Shown: one piece after another, positions 25,251-37,200 of the stretch | Numbering within the stretch: position 1 is the stretch's first letter | Layout of the letters: every line of letters starts with the position of its first letter | Assembly (NCBI RefSeq): GCF_963921235.1 | Contig: NC_086101.1 | Coordinates: forward strand, 7,690,001 to 7,754,000 | Length of the DNA: 64,000 bases | Direction: 5' to 3' | Source of the DNA: Mobula hypostoma | Taxonomy: Eukaryota | Translations under genes and position numbers: made by a program | The notes under the pieces: generated by a model | What the model was told of the DNA's origin: nothing | The model's input: the letters and a program-made list of their open reading frames with translations, nothing else | Databases searched by the model: none

Positions 25251-26208
25251 ATTGGCTTGTCTCCACAGGGGACTGTCTTATCTCTCTTTCTCTTCACCAT
25301 TTACACCTCGGACTTCAACTACTGCACGGAGTCTTGTCATCTTCAGAAGTTTTCGGATGACTCTGCCATAGTTGGATGTATCAGCAAGGGAGATGAGGCT
25401 GAGTACAGGGCTACGGTAGGAAACTTTGTCACATGGTGTGAGCAGAATTATCTGCAGCTTAATCTGAAAAAGACTAAGGAGCTGGTGGTAGACCTGAGGA
25501 GAGCTAAGGTACCGGTGACCCCTGTTTCCATCCAGGGTGTCAGTGTGGACATTGTGGAGGATTACAAATACCTGGGGATATGAACTGACAATAAACTGGA
25601 CTGGTCAAAGAACACTGAGGCTGTCTACAAGAAGGGCCAGAGCCGTCTCTATTTCCTGAGGAGACTGAGGTCCTTTAACATCTGCCGGACGATGCTGAGG
25701 ATGTTCTACGAGTCTGTGGTGGCCAGTGCTATCATGTTTGCTGTTGTGTGTTGGGGCAGCAGGCTGAGGGTGGCAGACACCAACAGAATCAACAAACTCA
25801 TTCGTAAGGCCAGTGATGTTGTGGGGATGGAACTGGACTCTCTCACGGTGGTGTCTGAAAAGAGGATGCTGTCTAAGTTGCATGCCATCTTGGCCAATGT
25901 CTCCCATCCACTACATAATGTACTGGTTGGGCACAGGAGTACATTCAGCCAGAGATTCATTCCACCGAGATGCAGCACTGAGCGTCATAGGAAGTCATTC
26001 CTGCCTGTGGCCATCAAACTTTACAACTCCCCACTTGGAGGGTCAGACACCCTGAGCCAATAGGCTGGTCCTGGACTTATTTCATAATTTACTGGCATAA
26101 TTTACATATTACTATTTAACTATTTATGGTTCTATTACTATTTATTATTTATGGAGCAACTGTAATGAAAACCAATTTCCCCCGGGATTAATAAAGTATG
26201 ACTATGAC
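25251..26208 (+). mobile_element. Rex1/Babar LINE 3' half nested in the Penelope element
   Basis: PQGTVLS.FLFTIYTSD...QKFSDD...LQLNLKKTKELVVD...YKYLG; FYESVVASAI...KSFLPVAIKLYN. Tail aataaagtatgactatgacta. Confidence 0.9.
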
Positions 26209-27067
26209 TATTTCTCCGTAACTTCCACCACCTCCAATGGGATCCCACCATTAAGCATATCTTTCCCTCCCCCCACTTTCCACAGGGATTGCTCCCTACA
26301 CGACTCCCTTGTCCATTCGTCCCCCCATCCCTCCCGACCAATCTCCCTCCTGGCACTTATCCTTTTAAGTGGAACAAGTGCTACACATGCCCTTACACTT
26401 CCTCCCTTACCACCATTCAGGGCCCCAGACAGTCCTTCCAGGTGAGGCAACACTTCACCTGTGAGTCGGCTGGGGTGATATATTGCGTCCGGTGCTCCCG
26501 AAGTGGCCTTTTAAATATTGGTGAGACCCGACGCAGACTGGGAGATCGTTTTGCTGAACACCTACGCTCCGTCTGCCAGAGAAGGCAGGATCTCCCAGTG
26601 GCCACACATTTTAGTTCCACGTCCCATTCCCATTCTGATATGTCTATCCACGGCCTCCTCTACTGTAAAAATGAAGCCACACTCAGGTTGGAGGAACAAC
26701 ACCTTATATTCTGTCTGGATAGCCTCCAACCTGATGGCATGAACATTGACTTCTCTAACTTCTGCTAATGCCCCACCTCCCCCTCGTATCCCATCCGTTA
26801 TTTATATACACACCACACATTCTTTTTCTCTGTCTCCTTTTTCTCCCTCTGTCCCTCTCACTATACCCCTTGCCCATCCTCAGGGTTCCCCACCCTCCCC
26901 CTTTTCCTTCTCCCTGGGCCTCCTGTCCCATGATCCTCACATACCCCTTTTGCCAATCACCTGTCCAGCTCTTGGCTCCATCCCTCCCCCTCCTGTCTTC
27001 TCCTATCATTTTGGATCTCCCCCTCCCCCTCCCACTTTCAAATCTCTTACTAGCTCTTCCTTCAGTT

Positions 27068-27103
27068 AGTCCTGACGAAGGGTCTCGGCCTGAAACGTCG
27101 ACT
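27068..27103 (+). ncRNA. Minimal type I hammerhead ribozyme motif in the Penelope 3' terminus
   Basis: AGTC-CTGACGA-A-GGG-TCTCGG-CCT-GAAA-CG-TC-GACT. Confidence 0.8.
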
Positions 27104-27212
27104 GTACCTCTTCCTAGAGATGCTGCCTGGCCTGCTGCGTTCACCAGCAACTTTGATGTGTGTTGCTTGACTATTACATCATTGTTTCTGGGACCTCGCT
27201 GCAGAAGTTAGG

Positions 27213-27500
27213 ACGTAGCAGTTAGAACATAACACTTTACGTTAGCAATCGTGGTTCAATTCGTGACACTATCTGTAAGGAAGTTGTACTTTCTCCCCCG
27301 TGACCGTGTGGATTTCCTCCAGGTGCTCTGGTTTCCTCCCACATTCCAAAGATGTACAGGTTAGGGGTAGTAAATTGAGGACCTTCTATTTTGGCACTGG
27401 AAGCATGGTCACATCTATGGTCTGCCCCAGTTGATTTAAACGACGTATTTCACTGTATGTTTCAATGTATATGTCACAAATAAAGCTAATCGTTAATCTT
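27213..27500 (+). mobile_element. V-SINE-like element (other decayed copies near 1510-1670, 18400-18520, 19110-19280, 21990-22190, 42580-42700 and 51160-51310)
   Basis: Core ttctcccccgtgaccgtgtggatttcctccaggtgctctggtttcctcccacattccaaaga matches the V-SINE central domain. Confidence 0.7.
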
Positions 27501-28696
27501 TACATTACAGACTCCACTTCAAAAATACCTGCTTGATTTGGTGCTTTGGGATAGCTTAAGATTTTTGTATCGCCATGCATATTCTACATTTCTGTTACTT
27601 TATTTTGATTTGGAGAGTGCACAGAACAGACCTCCTTGGCCCAACGAGCCACACCATCCCATTAACCCTAGCCTAACCAGAGAACAACATCCGATCTTAG
27701 AAATTAACCTACTACTGGGGGAAACTCACACTATCTTGGAAAGAACATACAAACTTTCATACGGAGGATGCTGGGATTGAACTCTGACACCTTGATTTGT
27801 AATAGCGTTGTGCTAATCGTGATGATACCATGGCACTAAATATACCTGTCTTTTGCATTGACACAAGGAAGCAGAGTGTGTCATTTTGGATCTTTACACA
27901 AAATTTGAGGCAGTAAATATGTGGATCTGATGTCAGCTGCAGCAAGTCCAGCTACTGACTGTGTTGCCCAGCAAGCCAGTCGCATCTGCCCACCTCTGAC
28001 CCTCTCCCATGCATGCCTTTATCGACATGGCTTCTTAATGTTCACTGCTACGCCCACCTCAACCACTGTTAATGGCAGCTCATTCCAAATGCACTGGGTG
28101 TGAAGAAGCCGCCCCAGGTCCCTGCCTGGGGGAGAAAAAAAGACCATGGGCTTTCAGCTTGTCTGTGCCACTTACGATCTTAGATCACAAGACAAAGGAG
28201 CAGAATTAGGCCATTCGGCCCATCAAGCCTGCTCCACCATTCCATCATGGATGATTTATTATCCTTCTCGACCCCATTTTCCTGCCTTCTCCTTGTAATC
28301 TAGACTAGTAAAGAACCTATCAACCTCTGTTTTAAATATACCCAGTGACTTGGCCTCCACAGCCGTCTGTGGCAATGAATCCCACAGAATCCCTCTAGAT
28401 TCCCTGCTCCTAGATTCCCCCACTACTGGAAACATCCTCTTCACATCCCCTCTTTCTAGGCCTTTCAATATTCAACAGGTTTCGGTGAGATTCCTCCCTT
28501 CATTATTTGAACTCCAGCATGTACAGGGGGGGCCAGAACCGTCAAATATTCCGCATGCATTAGCTGAGTCTGTCGTAATGTCTTGACCATCCTGTCTACC
28601 GCAGTTTGGACTCTATCGCTGCTGGTTACGATTTAATCCATTCCACGGTACTGTGTACGTGATAACACTGCTCAGGAGCATAGCTATGAAACTCAC

Positions 28697-28916
28697 GTTC
28701 AGAAGGGTTGGCGGGATTGCTGAAGAAAACAACGTTGTTTTTGATCAAGGCTCCTGCCGCTACGGCCGGGTCAATCAGGGTCTCGTCGAAGAACACGCTT
28801 TCCACGGGAAGCGTCTCACAGCCATCATAGCTCTTCACTATTATTCGACAGTGACAGTGGTAGAAATTCTGGTTCCTTGCGTTGATCACCACGGAGCCAT
28901 CTGGAAGTTCATAGGG
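28697..28916 (-). CDS. NEU1: Sialidase-1, coding exon 5
   Basis: [36 protein letters not shown]...[12 protein letters not shown](R). Acceptor tttattcttcag, donor C|gtgagt, 220 nt, phase 0 to 1. Confidence 0.97.
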
Positions 28917-28949
28917 CTGAAGAATAAACACATTCATTGGGCAGTAATA

Positions 28950-30500
28950 TCTAAACTTCAAAGTAACATTTATTTCCAGAGTACAACCCTGAGATTCTTT
29001 TTTTTTCCCTGCAGGCGTACTTAGCAAATCTAGAGAACCGTAACGGTAAACAGGATCAATGAACAACAAACAGTACAAATGCAAATATAAATAAAGAGAG
29101 CACGAAATAACAGGATGAAGGGTCTTAAAGTGAGATAGTCAGTTGTGGCAACACTAGAAACAGAATGAGGTTAGCAGTCATTGTTCAAAGATGGTTGAAG
29201 GGTAGTAACTGTTCAAGAACCCAATAGTGAGAGGTCCTGAGGCCCCCTGTGCCTTCTACCTGATGGCAGCAGCCAGAAGAGCATAGCCTGGGGGGAGAGG
29301 ATCTTTGATGGTGGATGCTGCTTTCCCACACCAATGTTTCATGTCGATGTGCTCAGTGGTTGGGAGGGCTTTATATGTTCAAAGATTCAAAAAACTTTAT
29401 TGTCATTCTAACCATACCTCAGCACTGCAGGGCAGAATGAGACAGCGTTTCTCAGGGGCAGTGCAATCATAACATAACAAACGCAACACTAAATAATAAA
29501 CATAACAATGAATAGTAAAACACAACAGCCACATGTCAGTTAAAATCAAGTTATAAGTGTCCAGTGCAAGTTAAAAGTGTCCAAAGCAGAGTCAGGTGGA
29601 GCAGCTATTTAGCAGTCTGACTGCCTGTGGGAGGAAGCTGTTTAGTAGCTTTGTGGTTTTAGTTTTGATGCTCCTGTAACGTTTCCCTGATGGCAGAAGA
29701 ACAAACAGTTCATGGAGAGGGTGTGAGGGGTCTTTAATGATGTACCGTGTCTTCTGGAGGCATTGACTGTGAAAGAGGTCTTGGACAGAAGGTAGGCAGA
29801 CCCCAATAACCTTCTCTGCTCCCCTAACCACCCTCTGCAAGGCTTTTTTGTCGACAGCACTGCAGCTGGAGTAGCAGGTTGTGATGCAAAAGGTCAGCAC
29901 ACTCTCAACCACGCCTCTGTAGAATGTAGTTAAGACATTAGTGGGGAGTGATGCTTCTTTAAGCTTCCTCAGAAAGTGCAATCTCTGCTGGGCCCGTTTT
30001 ACAATCCCAGTGGTGTTCCTGGACCAGGTGAGATTGTCCGCGATCTGCACCTTAAGTGATGCACTTGGCCAAATGCACTACCTTTTGAAGGGATTTTCCA
30101 CTCAAAGGCGTTGGTGTTCCTATACCAGGCCGTAATGCAGCCAGTCAGCACACTTTCCACCACATCTATAGAAGATTGTTAAGATGTTTGATGAGATGCT
30201 GAATCTCCACAGAATCCTGAGGAAGTAAAGGTGCTGTCATGGTTTCTTTCCCATTACATTTATATGATGGGTCCAGGACAGGTCCTCCGAGACACCCAGG
30301 AATTGAAAGTTACTGACCCTCTCCATCCCTGACCCTCCAATGATTACTGGCTCGTGAATCTCTGGTTTCCCTCTCTCGAGATCTACAATCATTTTCTTGG
30401 TTTTACTGACATTGAGCAAGAGGTCGTTGTTATTACAGCAGCCGCCCAAATTTTCAGTCTCCTTCCTGTATGCTGATTCATCAGCACAGTGACGTCACCA
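28950..30500 (-). mobile_element. Nested Rex1/Babar LINE fragments (younger copy about 29378-30050)
   Basis: KRAQQRLHFLRKLK...FYRGVVESVLTFCIT...NSFLPQAVRLLN. The host shows C.NNDLLLNVSKTK.MIVD. Confidence 0.85.
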
Positions 30501-31642
30501 GCAAACGTGGAGCTGGATTTCAGACCACAAAGAACATAGAACAAAACCAAATTAAGTCCTCTGAGGGACTGGGCAACTTCAAATTGTGTGGGACGGAGTC
30601 AGAGAAGTACTTATTTCCCTTTGCACATGGAATCCACTGCCTGAGGTACAAGGCAGTGTAGTGAATAGTGTAACACTATCACAGCACCAGTGGGGAAGTT
30701 ACGTCAAGGGGCGGGAAGGGGTGTATGTGGCGAGGGGGAGGGGCGTACGGGGCGAGGGGGGTAGACTTGGCCTCCACAGCCATCTGTGGCAATGAATTCC
30801 ACAGATTCACCACCTTGTGGCTAACAAAATCCTTCATCTCTGTTGTAAAGGGGCATCCTTCTATTCTGAGGCAGTGCCCTCTGATCCTAGACACCCCCCT
30901 CTATAGGAAACATCCTCTCCACATCCACTCTATCTATGCCTTTCAATATTCAGTGGTTTCAATAAGAGTACTCCCCCCCTCCCCCACCATTCTTCTGTCC
31001 TCCAGTGAGTACAGGCTCAGAGCCATCAAACACTCATTTGTTAACCCGTTCATTCCCAGGGTCATTCTCATGAACCTCCTCATTTACGAGAACTTTTAAG
31101 AGCGTTTGTTTTCTTCTGATAGCTCCATAAACAAACAGATCAAAATAGATGTCATCTACGAATGGCACTGCATCCTTTCTTAGATACAGGACCCCCTACG
31201 CTTCACACAAGCAAAAGGAATTTCATTGCACCCTAGTGTATATGAGAACCAAGTAACTGGAATCCAATTCTGAAACTAGGGAAGTTCTCCCTCACGTTCT
31301 GTCCATAGTTCCTTTTCAACTAACACCACTCAGAACATGCATACGTCACACTTCTCCTTGTGAAACCATCGAAACCAACAAGATAGCGAGGTTGCTTCCT
31401 ATATCCTGAACAGAAATGACCCCCAGAGGTACGGAAACTGCCAGACACAGTAGTGAAACCTGATCATATGCTGAGTTGTTCACAAGTCAGAATATATTCT
31501 GGGAGTTCCTCCAGCACTTTGTGTGCCTCAACATTTTCATCATCTGCAGTTACACATGCTTATTTATTTTCTTATGTTTAACAGATTGTATATGAATTTT
31601 TTTTTTAAAAGCAGTGAGTTGTGATTTTGCAAGGGGGAGTGT

Positions 31643-32191
31643 CAAGATGGTGGTGGATATCGGTAGCTTGGGTTGGAGCTTTTGAAGTTACGGTGTTCGC
31701 CGACCTTGGCAAATCTCTTGCAGACGTTTCATCACCAGTCGACATGACACATCCTCAGTGCTGGGAATAGCCTCCCCCCACCCCATTCTCTTGCCTCAGT
31801 CCTGGCTGGCTACCTCTTCAGACGGCTAAAGATTCTCATGCCTGCTTCGTGTTTGCCTGTGCCAGAACCTCAGCAGCGTCCCAGATTAAAGTGGTGTCCC
31901 ACTCGGTCTTCATTTACGAGAATCTTTAGGAGCGTTTGTTTTCTTCTGAAAGCTCCGTAAATAAACGCATCAAAACAGATGTCATCTACGAACCCGTAAG
32001 AGCCACACAAATGCGAGCTAACAGAATTCATAGGTCAGCTGAAGGGGGTAGTTAATCTGGGCAGAGGCAAGCAAATGGGTGTGGGGGGGGGGGTGGTGCG
32101 GGCACTCCCAGAAAGACCAACTGAGGATGTCACCTCAACTGGTGACGAGCGTCGGCAAGCTAATTGCCAAGCTCGGCGAAGACCGCAACGT
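31643..32191. mobile_element. Second Penelope-like family: short inverted (tail-out) element with GIY-YIG C-terminal remnants
   Basis: 13-bp TSD CAAGGGGGAGTGT at 31630-31642 and 32192-32204. 31688-31760 is the reverse complement of about 32118-32190. Remnants GHHFN.D.AEVLAQANTKQ (minus) and SSESSVNKRIK.DVIYEP (plus). Confidence 0.75.
31719..31761 (-). ncRNA. Hammerhead-like motif, second family (sense to NEU1, intron 4)
   Basis: GCA-CTGAGGA-[weak stem II]-GAAA-CG-TC-TGC. The partner at 32121-32156 has a perfect stem II (GTCACC/GGTGAC) but GAAA has decayed. Confidence 0.55.
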
Positions 32192-32421
32192 CAAGGGGGA
32201 GTGTGTTACCCAAAACTGCTGTAACACAGAGACCACCACTACTTATCATTTAAACTGCTTTAAATTCCTACAATTAATGTAAAAGCACAAATATAAATCC
32301 TCAAACAAACATCTTACTGCAACTGTTCATGGACTGATTGTCCCACTGCACCTGCGTAGCATCCACACCAGGACCACCAGACTCAAAAAGAGTTACTTTC
32401 CCCAGGCAGTAAGGCTGATCA

Positions 32422-32772
32422 GTGTTGGCGTATGACCCAGTGGTTAAGGCATTCATCTAGTGATCTGAAGGTTGCTAGTTCGAGCCTCGGCTGAGGCAGC
32501 GTGTTGTGTCCTTGAGCGAGGCACTTAACCACACATTGCTCTGCGACGACACCGGTGCCAAGCTGTATGGGTCCCAGTGCTCTTCCCTTGGACAACATCA
32601 GTGGCATGGAGAGGGGAGACTTGCAGCATGGGCAAAAGCCGGTCTTCCATACAACCTTGTCCAGGCCTGTGCCCTGGAAACTGCCGGTCTTCCATACAAC
32701 CTTGCCCAGGCCAGCGCCCTGGAAACCATCCAAGGCGCAAATCCATGGTCTCACGAGACTAACAGATGCCTA
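32422..32772 (+). mobile_element. tRNA-derived SINE with an internal ~45-bp tandem duplication
   Basis: A-box-like cccagtggttaagg and B-box GTTCGAGCC. 12-bp TSD TAAGGCTGATCA at 32410-32421 and 32773-32784. Same family as 41298-41597. Confidence 0.9.
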
Positions 32773-32944
32773 TAAGGCTGATCAATACCTCCACTCACTA
32801 ACCCAACCCTCTGCAACCCCAAACCCGCCAGACACCAGTACTTCATCATTTCCTGTCAGTCACGTTATGTACAGACACTCCTGTGCCTAGCATCACTTTA
32901 TGGACATACAATCAATTGATGTACAGTATATAAGCTAACTAACC

Positions 32945-34156
32945 CACAACATGAAGGCAAAAGAACACTCTAAGCAACTCCATGAAAAGGTCATTGAAAA
33001 GCACAAGTCAGGAGATGAATAAAAGTAAATTTCCAAGTCACTGACTATCTCTTGGAGCACAGTTAAGTCAATCATCAAGAAATGGAAAGGTGTGATAGCT
33101 GTAAATCTGCCCAGAGCAGGCCATTCTCAAAATTGAGTGCGCCAAAAGGGGACTAGCGAAAGAGGCCACAAAGAGACCTATGACAACTCTGGAGGGGTTG
33201 CAAGCTTCAGTGGCTGAGATGGGAGAGACTGTGCGTACAACTGCTGCCCGGGTGCTTCACCTGTCGCAGCTTTATGGGAGAGTGGCAAAGTGAAAGCCAC
33301 TGTTGAAATAAACTCACATGAAATCTCATCTAAAGTTTGCTAGAGGCACGTGGGATACTCTGAAGCTAGTTGGAAGAAGGTTCTATGGTCTGATGAAACC
33401 AAAATTGAGTCTTTTAGCCATCAAACTAAAAGCTATGTTTGGCGTAAGCCAAACACCGCACATAATCAAAACCACACCGTCCCTACCGTGAAGCATGGTG
33501 GTGGCTGCATCATGCTGTGGGGATGCTTCACCGCAGCAGGCCCTGGAAGGCTTGTGAAGGTAGAGGGTAAAATACAGGGAAATCCTGGAGGAAAACCTGA
33601 TGCAGTCTGCAAGAGAACTGTGACTTGGGAGATTTGTTTTCCAGCAAAGACAACGACCCCAAGCATAAAGCCAAACCTACACAGGAAAGGCTTAAAAACA
33701 ACAAAGTTAATATCCTGGAGTGGCCAAGTCAGAGTCCAGACCTCAATACAATTGAGAATTTGTGGCTGGACTTGAAAAGGGCTGTTCACTCATGATCCCC
33801 ACGCAATCTTACAGAGCTCGGGAATAGAGAAAAACTGCAGTGTCCAGATGTGCAAAGCTGATAAGACACTTATCCAAACAGACTCAAGGCTGTAATTGCT
33901 GCCAAAGTTGCAGCTACGAAATACTGACTTGAAGGGGGTTAATATTTATGCAATCAATCATTTTCTGTTTTATATTTATGATTAATTTAGATCACTTTAT
34001 AGAGATCTGTATTTCACTTTGACACAAAAGAGTCATTTTCTGTTGATCAGTGTCAAAAAAAAAAGCCACATTAAATCTGATGTTGTAAAACAATAAAACA
34101 TGAAAACTTCCGAGGGTGGGGGAGGGGTGGTCGGTGAATACTTTGTATAGCCTCTG
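32945..34156 (+). mobile_element. Tc1-family DNA transposon, decayed transposase plus right TIR
   Basis: [60 protein letters not shown]. Ends ...gaatactttgtatagcctctg-TA. Confidence 0.92.
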
Positions 34157-34247
34157 TACATAACAAAACAACGTCTTCCAGACCATGGAGCACCCACCAA
34201 ACATATAAACCAAACAGTATACTATAAATAAGTTAACAAAATAAAAA

Positions 34248-37200
34248 ACATAGAAACCATAGAAACTACAGCACAGAAACAGGCCTCTTGGCTGTGCCGA
34301 ACCATTTTCCGCCTAGTCCCACTGACCTGCACACGGACCATATCCCTCCATACACCTCCCATTCACGTATCTGTCCAATTTATTCTTAAATGTTAAAAAA
34401 GAACCCGCATTTACCACCTCGGCTGGCAGCTCATTCCACACTCCCACCGCTCTCTGTGTGAAGAAGCCCCCCACTTAATGTTCCCTTTAAACTTTTCCCC
34501 CCTCACCCTTAACCCATGTCCTCTGGTTTTTTTCTCCCCTTGCCTCAGTGGAAAAAGCCTGCTTGCATTCACTCTATCTATACCCATCATCATTTTATAT
34601 ACCTCCATCAAATCTCCCCTCATTCTTCTACACTCCAGGGAATAAAGTCCTGGCCTATTCAACCTTTCTCTGTAACTGAGTTTCTCAAGTCCCAGCAACA
34701 TCCTTGTAAACCTTCTCTGCACTCTTTCAACCTTATTAATATCCTTCCTGTAATTTGGTGACCAAAACTGAACACAATACTCCAGATTCGGCCTCACCAA
34801 TGCCTTATACAACCTCATAACATTCCAGCTCTTATACTCAATACTTTGATTAATAAAGGCCAATGTACCAAAAGCTCTCTTTACGATCCTATCTACCTGT
34901 GACGCCACTTTTAGGGAATTTTGTATCTGTATTCCCAGATCCCTTTGTTCAACTGCACTCCTCAGTGCCTTACCATTAACCCTGTATGTTCTACTTTGGT
35001 TTGTCCTTCCAAAGTGCAATACCTCACACTTGCCTGTATTAAACTCCATCTGCCATTTTTCAGCCCATTTTTCCAGCTGGTCCAAGTCCCTCTGCAGCTC
35101 TGAAAACCTTTCTCACTGTCTACTACACCTCCAATCTTTGTATCATCAGCAAATTTGCTGATCCAATTTACCACATAATCATCCAGATCATTGATATAGA
35201 TGACAAATAACAATGGACCCAGCACTGATCCCTGTGGCACACCACTAGTCACAGGCCTCCACTCTGAGAAGCAATTCTCTCTACCACTCTTTGGCTTCTT
35301 CCATTGAGCCAATGTCTAATCCAATTTACCACTTCTCCATGTATACCTAGCAACTGAATTTTCCTAACTAACCTCCCATGCGGGACCTTGTCAAAGGCCC
35401 TACTGAAGTCCATGTAGACAACATCCACTGCCTTCCCTTCACCCACTTTCCTGGTAACCTCCTTGAAAAACTTCAATAGATTGGTCAAACATGACCTTCC
35501 ATGCACAAAGCCATGTTGACTCTCCCTAATAAGTCCCTGTCTATCCAAATGCTTGTAGATTCTGTCTCTCAGTACTCCCTCCAATAACTTACCCATTACC
35601 GACGTCAAACTTACTGGCCTATAATTCCCAAATTACTTTTCGATCCTTTTTCAAACAACGGAACAACATGAGCCATTCTCCAATCCTCCGGCACCTCACC
35701 CGTAGACACCAACATTTTAAATATATCTGCCAGGGTGCCTGCAATTTCAACACTAGTCTCCTTCAAGGTCCGAGGGGAATACCCTGTCAGGTCCTGGGGA
35801 TTTATCCATTTTAATTTGCCTCAAGATAGCAAGCACCTCCTCCTTTTCAATCTGTACAGTTTCCATGATCTCACTACTTGATTCCCTCAATTCCATAGAC
35901 TTCATGCCAGTTTCCTTAGTAAATACAGACGCAAAAAACCCATTTAAGATCTCCCCCATTTCTTTTGGTTCCACACATAGCCAACCACTCTTATCTTCAA
36001 GAGGACCAATTTTATCCCTTACAATCCTTTTACTCTTAATATACCTGTAAAAGCTGTTTGGATTATCCTTCACTTTGACCGCCAAGGCAACCACATGTCT
36101 TCTTTTAGCCCTCCTGATTTCCTTCTTAAGTATTTTCTTGCACTTTTTATACTCCTCAAGCACCTTATTTACTCCCTGTTTCCTATACATGTCATACAAC
36201 TCTTCTTTATCAGAGTTGCAATATCCCTTGAGAACCAAGGTTCCTTATTCCTATTCACTTTGCCTTTAATCCTGACAGGAACATACAAGCTCTGCACTCT
36301 CAAAATTTCTCCTTTGAAGGCTTCCCACTTACCAATCACATCGTTGCCAGAGAACAACCTGTCCCAATCCACGCTTTTTAGATCCTTTCTCATTTCTTCA
36401 AATTTGGCCTTCTTCCAGTTCAGAATCTCAACCCTACGACCAGATCTATCCTTGTCCATGATCAAGTTGAAACCACTGGTGTTATAGAAACATAGAAAAT
36501 AGGTGCAGGAGTAGGCCCTTCGGCCCTTCGAGCCTGCACCGCCATTTATTATGATCATGGCTGATCATCCAACTCAGAACCCCGCCCCAGCCTTCCCTCC
36601 ATACCCCCTGACCCCTGTAGCCACAAGGGCCATATCTAACTCCCTCTTAAACATAGCCAATGAACTGGCCTCAACAGTTTGCTGTGGCAGAGAATTCCAC
36701 AGATTCACCACTCTCTGTGTGAAGAAGTTTTTCCTAATCTCGGTCCTAAAAGGCTTCCCCTCTATCCTCAAACTGTGACCCCCCGTTCTGGACCTCCCCA
36801 ACATCGGGAACAATTTTCCCGCATCTAGCCTGTCCAATCCCTTTAGGATCTTATACGTTTCAATCAGATCCCCCCTCAATCTTCTAAATTCCAACGAGTA
36901 CAAGCCCAGTTCATCCAGTCTTTCTTCGTATGAAAGACCTGCCATCCCAGGAATCAATCTGGTGAACCTTCTTTGTACTCCCTCTATGGCAAAGATGTCT
37001 TTCCTCAGATTAGGGGACCAAAACTGCACACAATACTCCAGGTGTGGTCTCACCAAGGCCTTGTACAACTGCAGTAGTACCTCCCTGCTCCTGTACTCGA
37101 ATCCTCTCGCTATAAATGCCAGCATACCATTCGCCTTTTTCACCGCCTGCTGTACCTGCATGCCCACTTTCAATGACTGGTGTATAATGACACCCAGGTC

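Larger units (their letters stand above)
24479..27169 (+). mobile_element. Penelope-like retroelement: inverted terminal segment (24479-24942, minus) plus plus-strand body with GIY-YIG endonuclease
   Basis: CYTC...FTCESAGVIYCVRCSRSGLLNIGETRRRLGDRFAEH...VATHF...RLEEQHLIF.L.SLQPDGMN. 11-bp TSD ACTATTACATC at 24468-24478 and 27170-27180. Confidence 0.92.

Noticed and set aside
30690..30765. G-rich tract as a functional G-quadruplex
   Set aside because: G-runs are present but lie at a junction of decayed repeats, and similar tracts are common in this window.
32422..32500. tRNA genes (also 41298-41370)
   Set aside because: A- and B-boxes are present but run into a shared ~300-bp body flanked by TSDs, so these are SINE heads.
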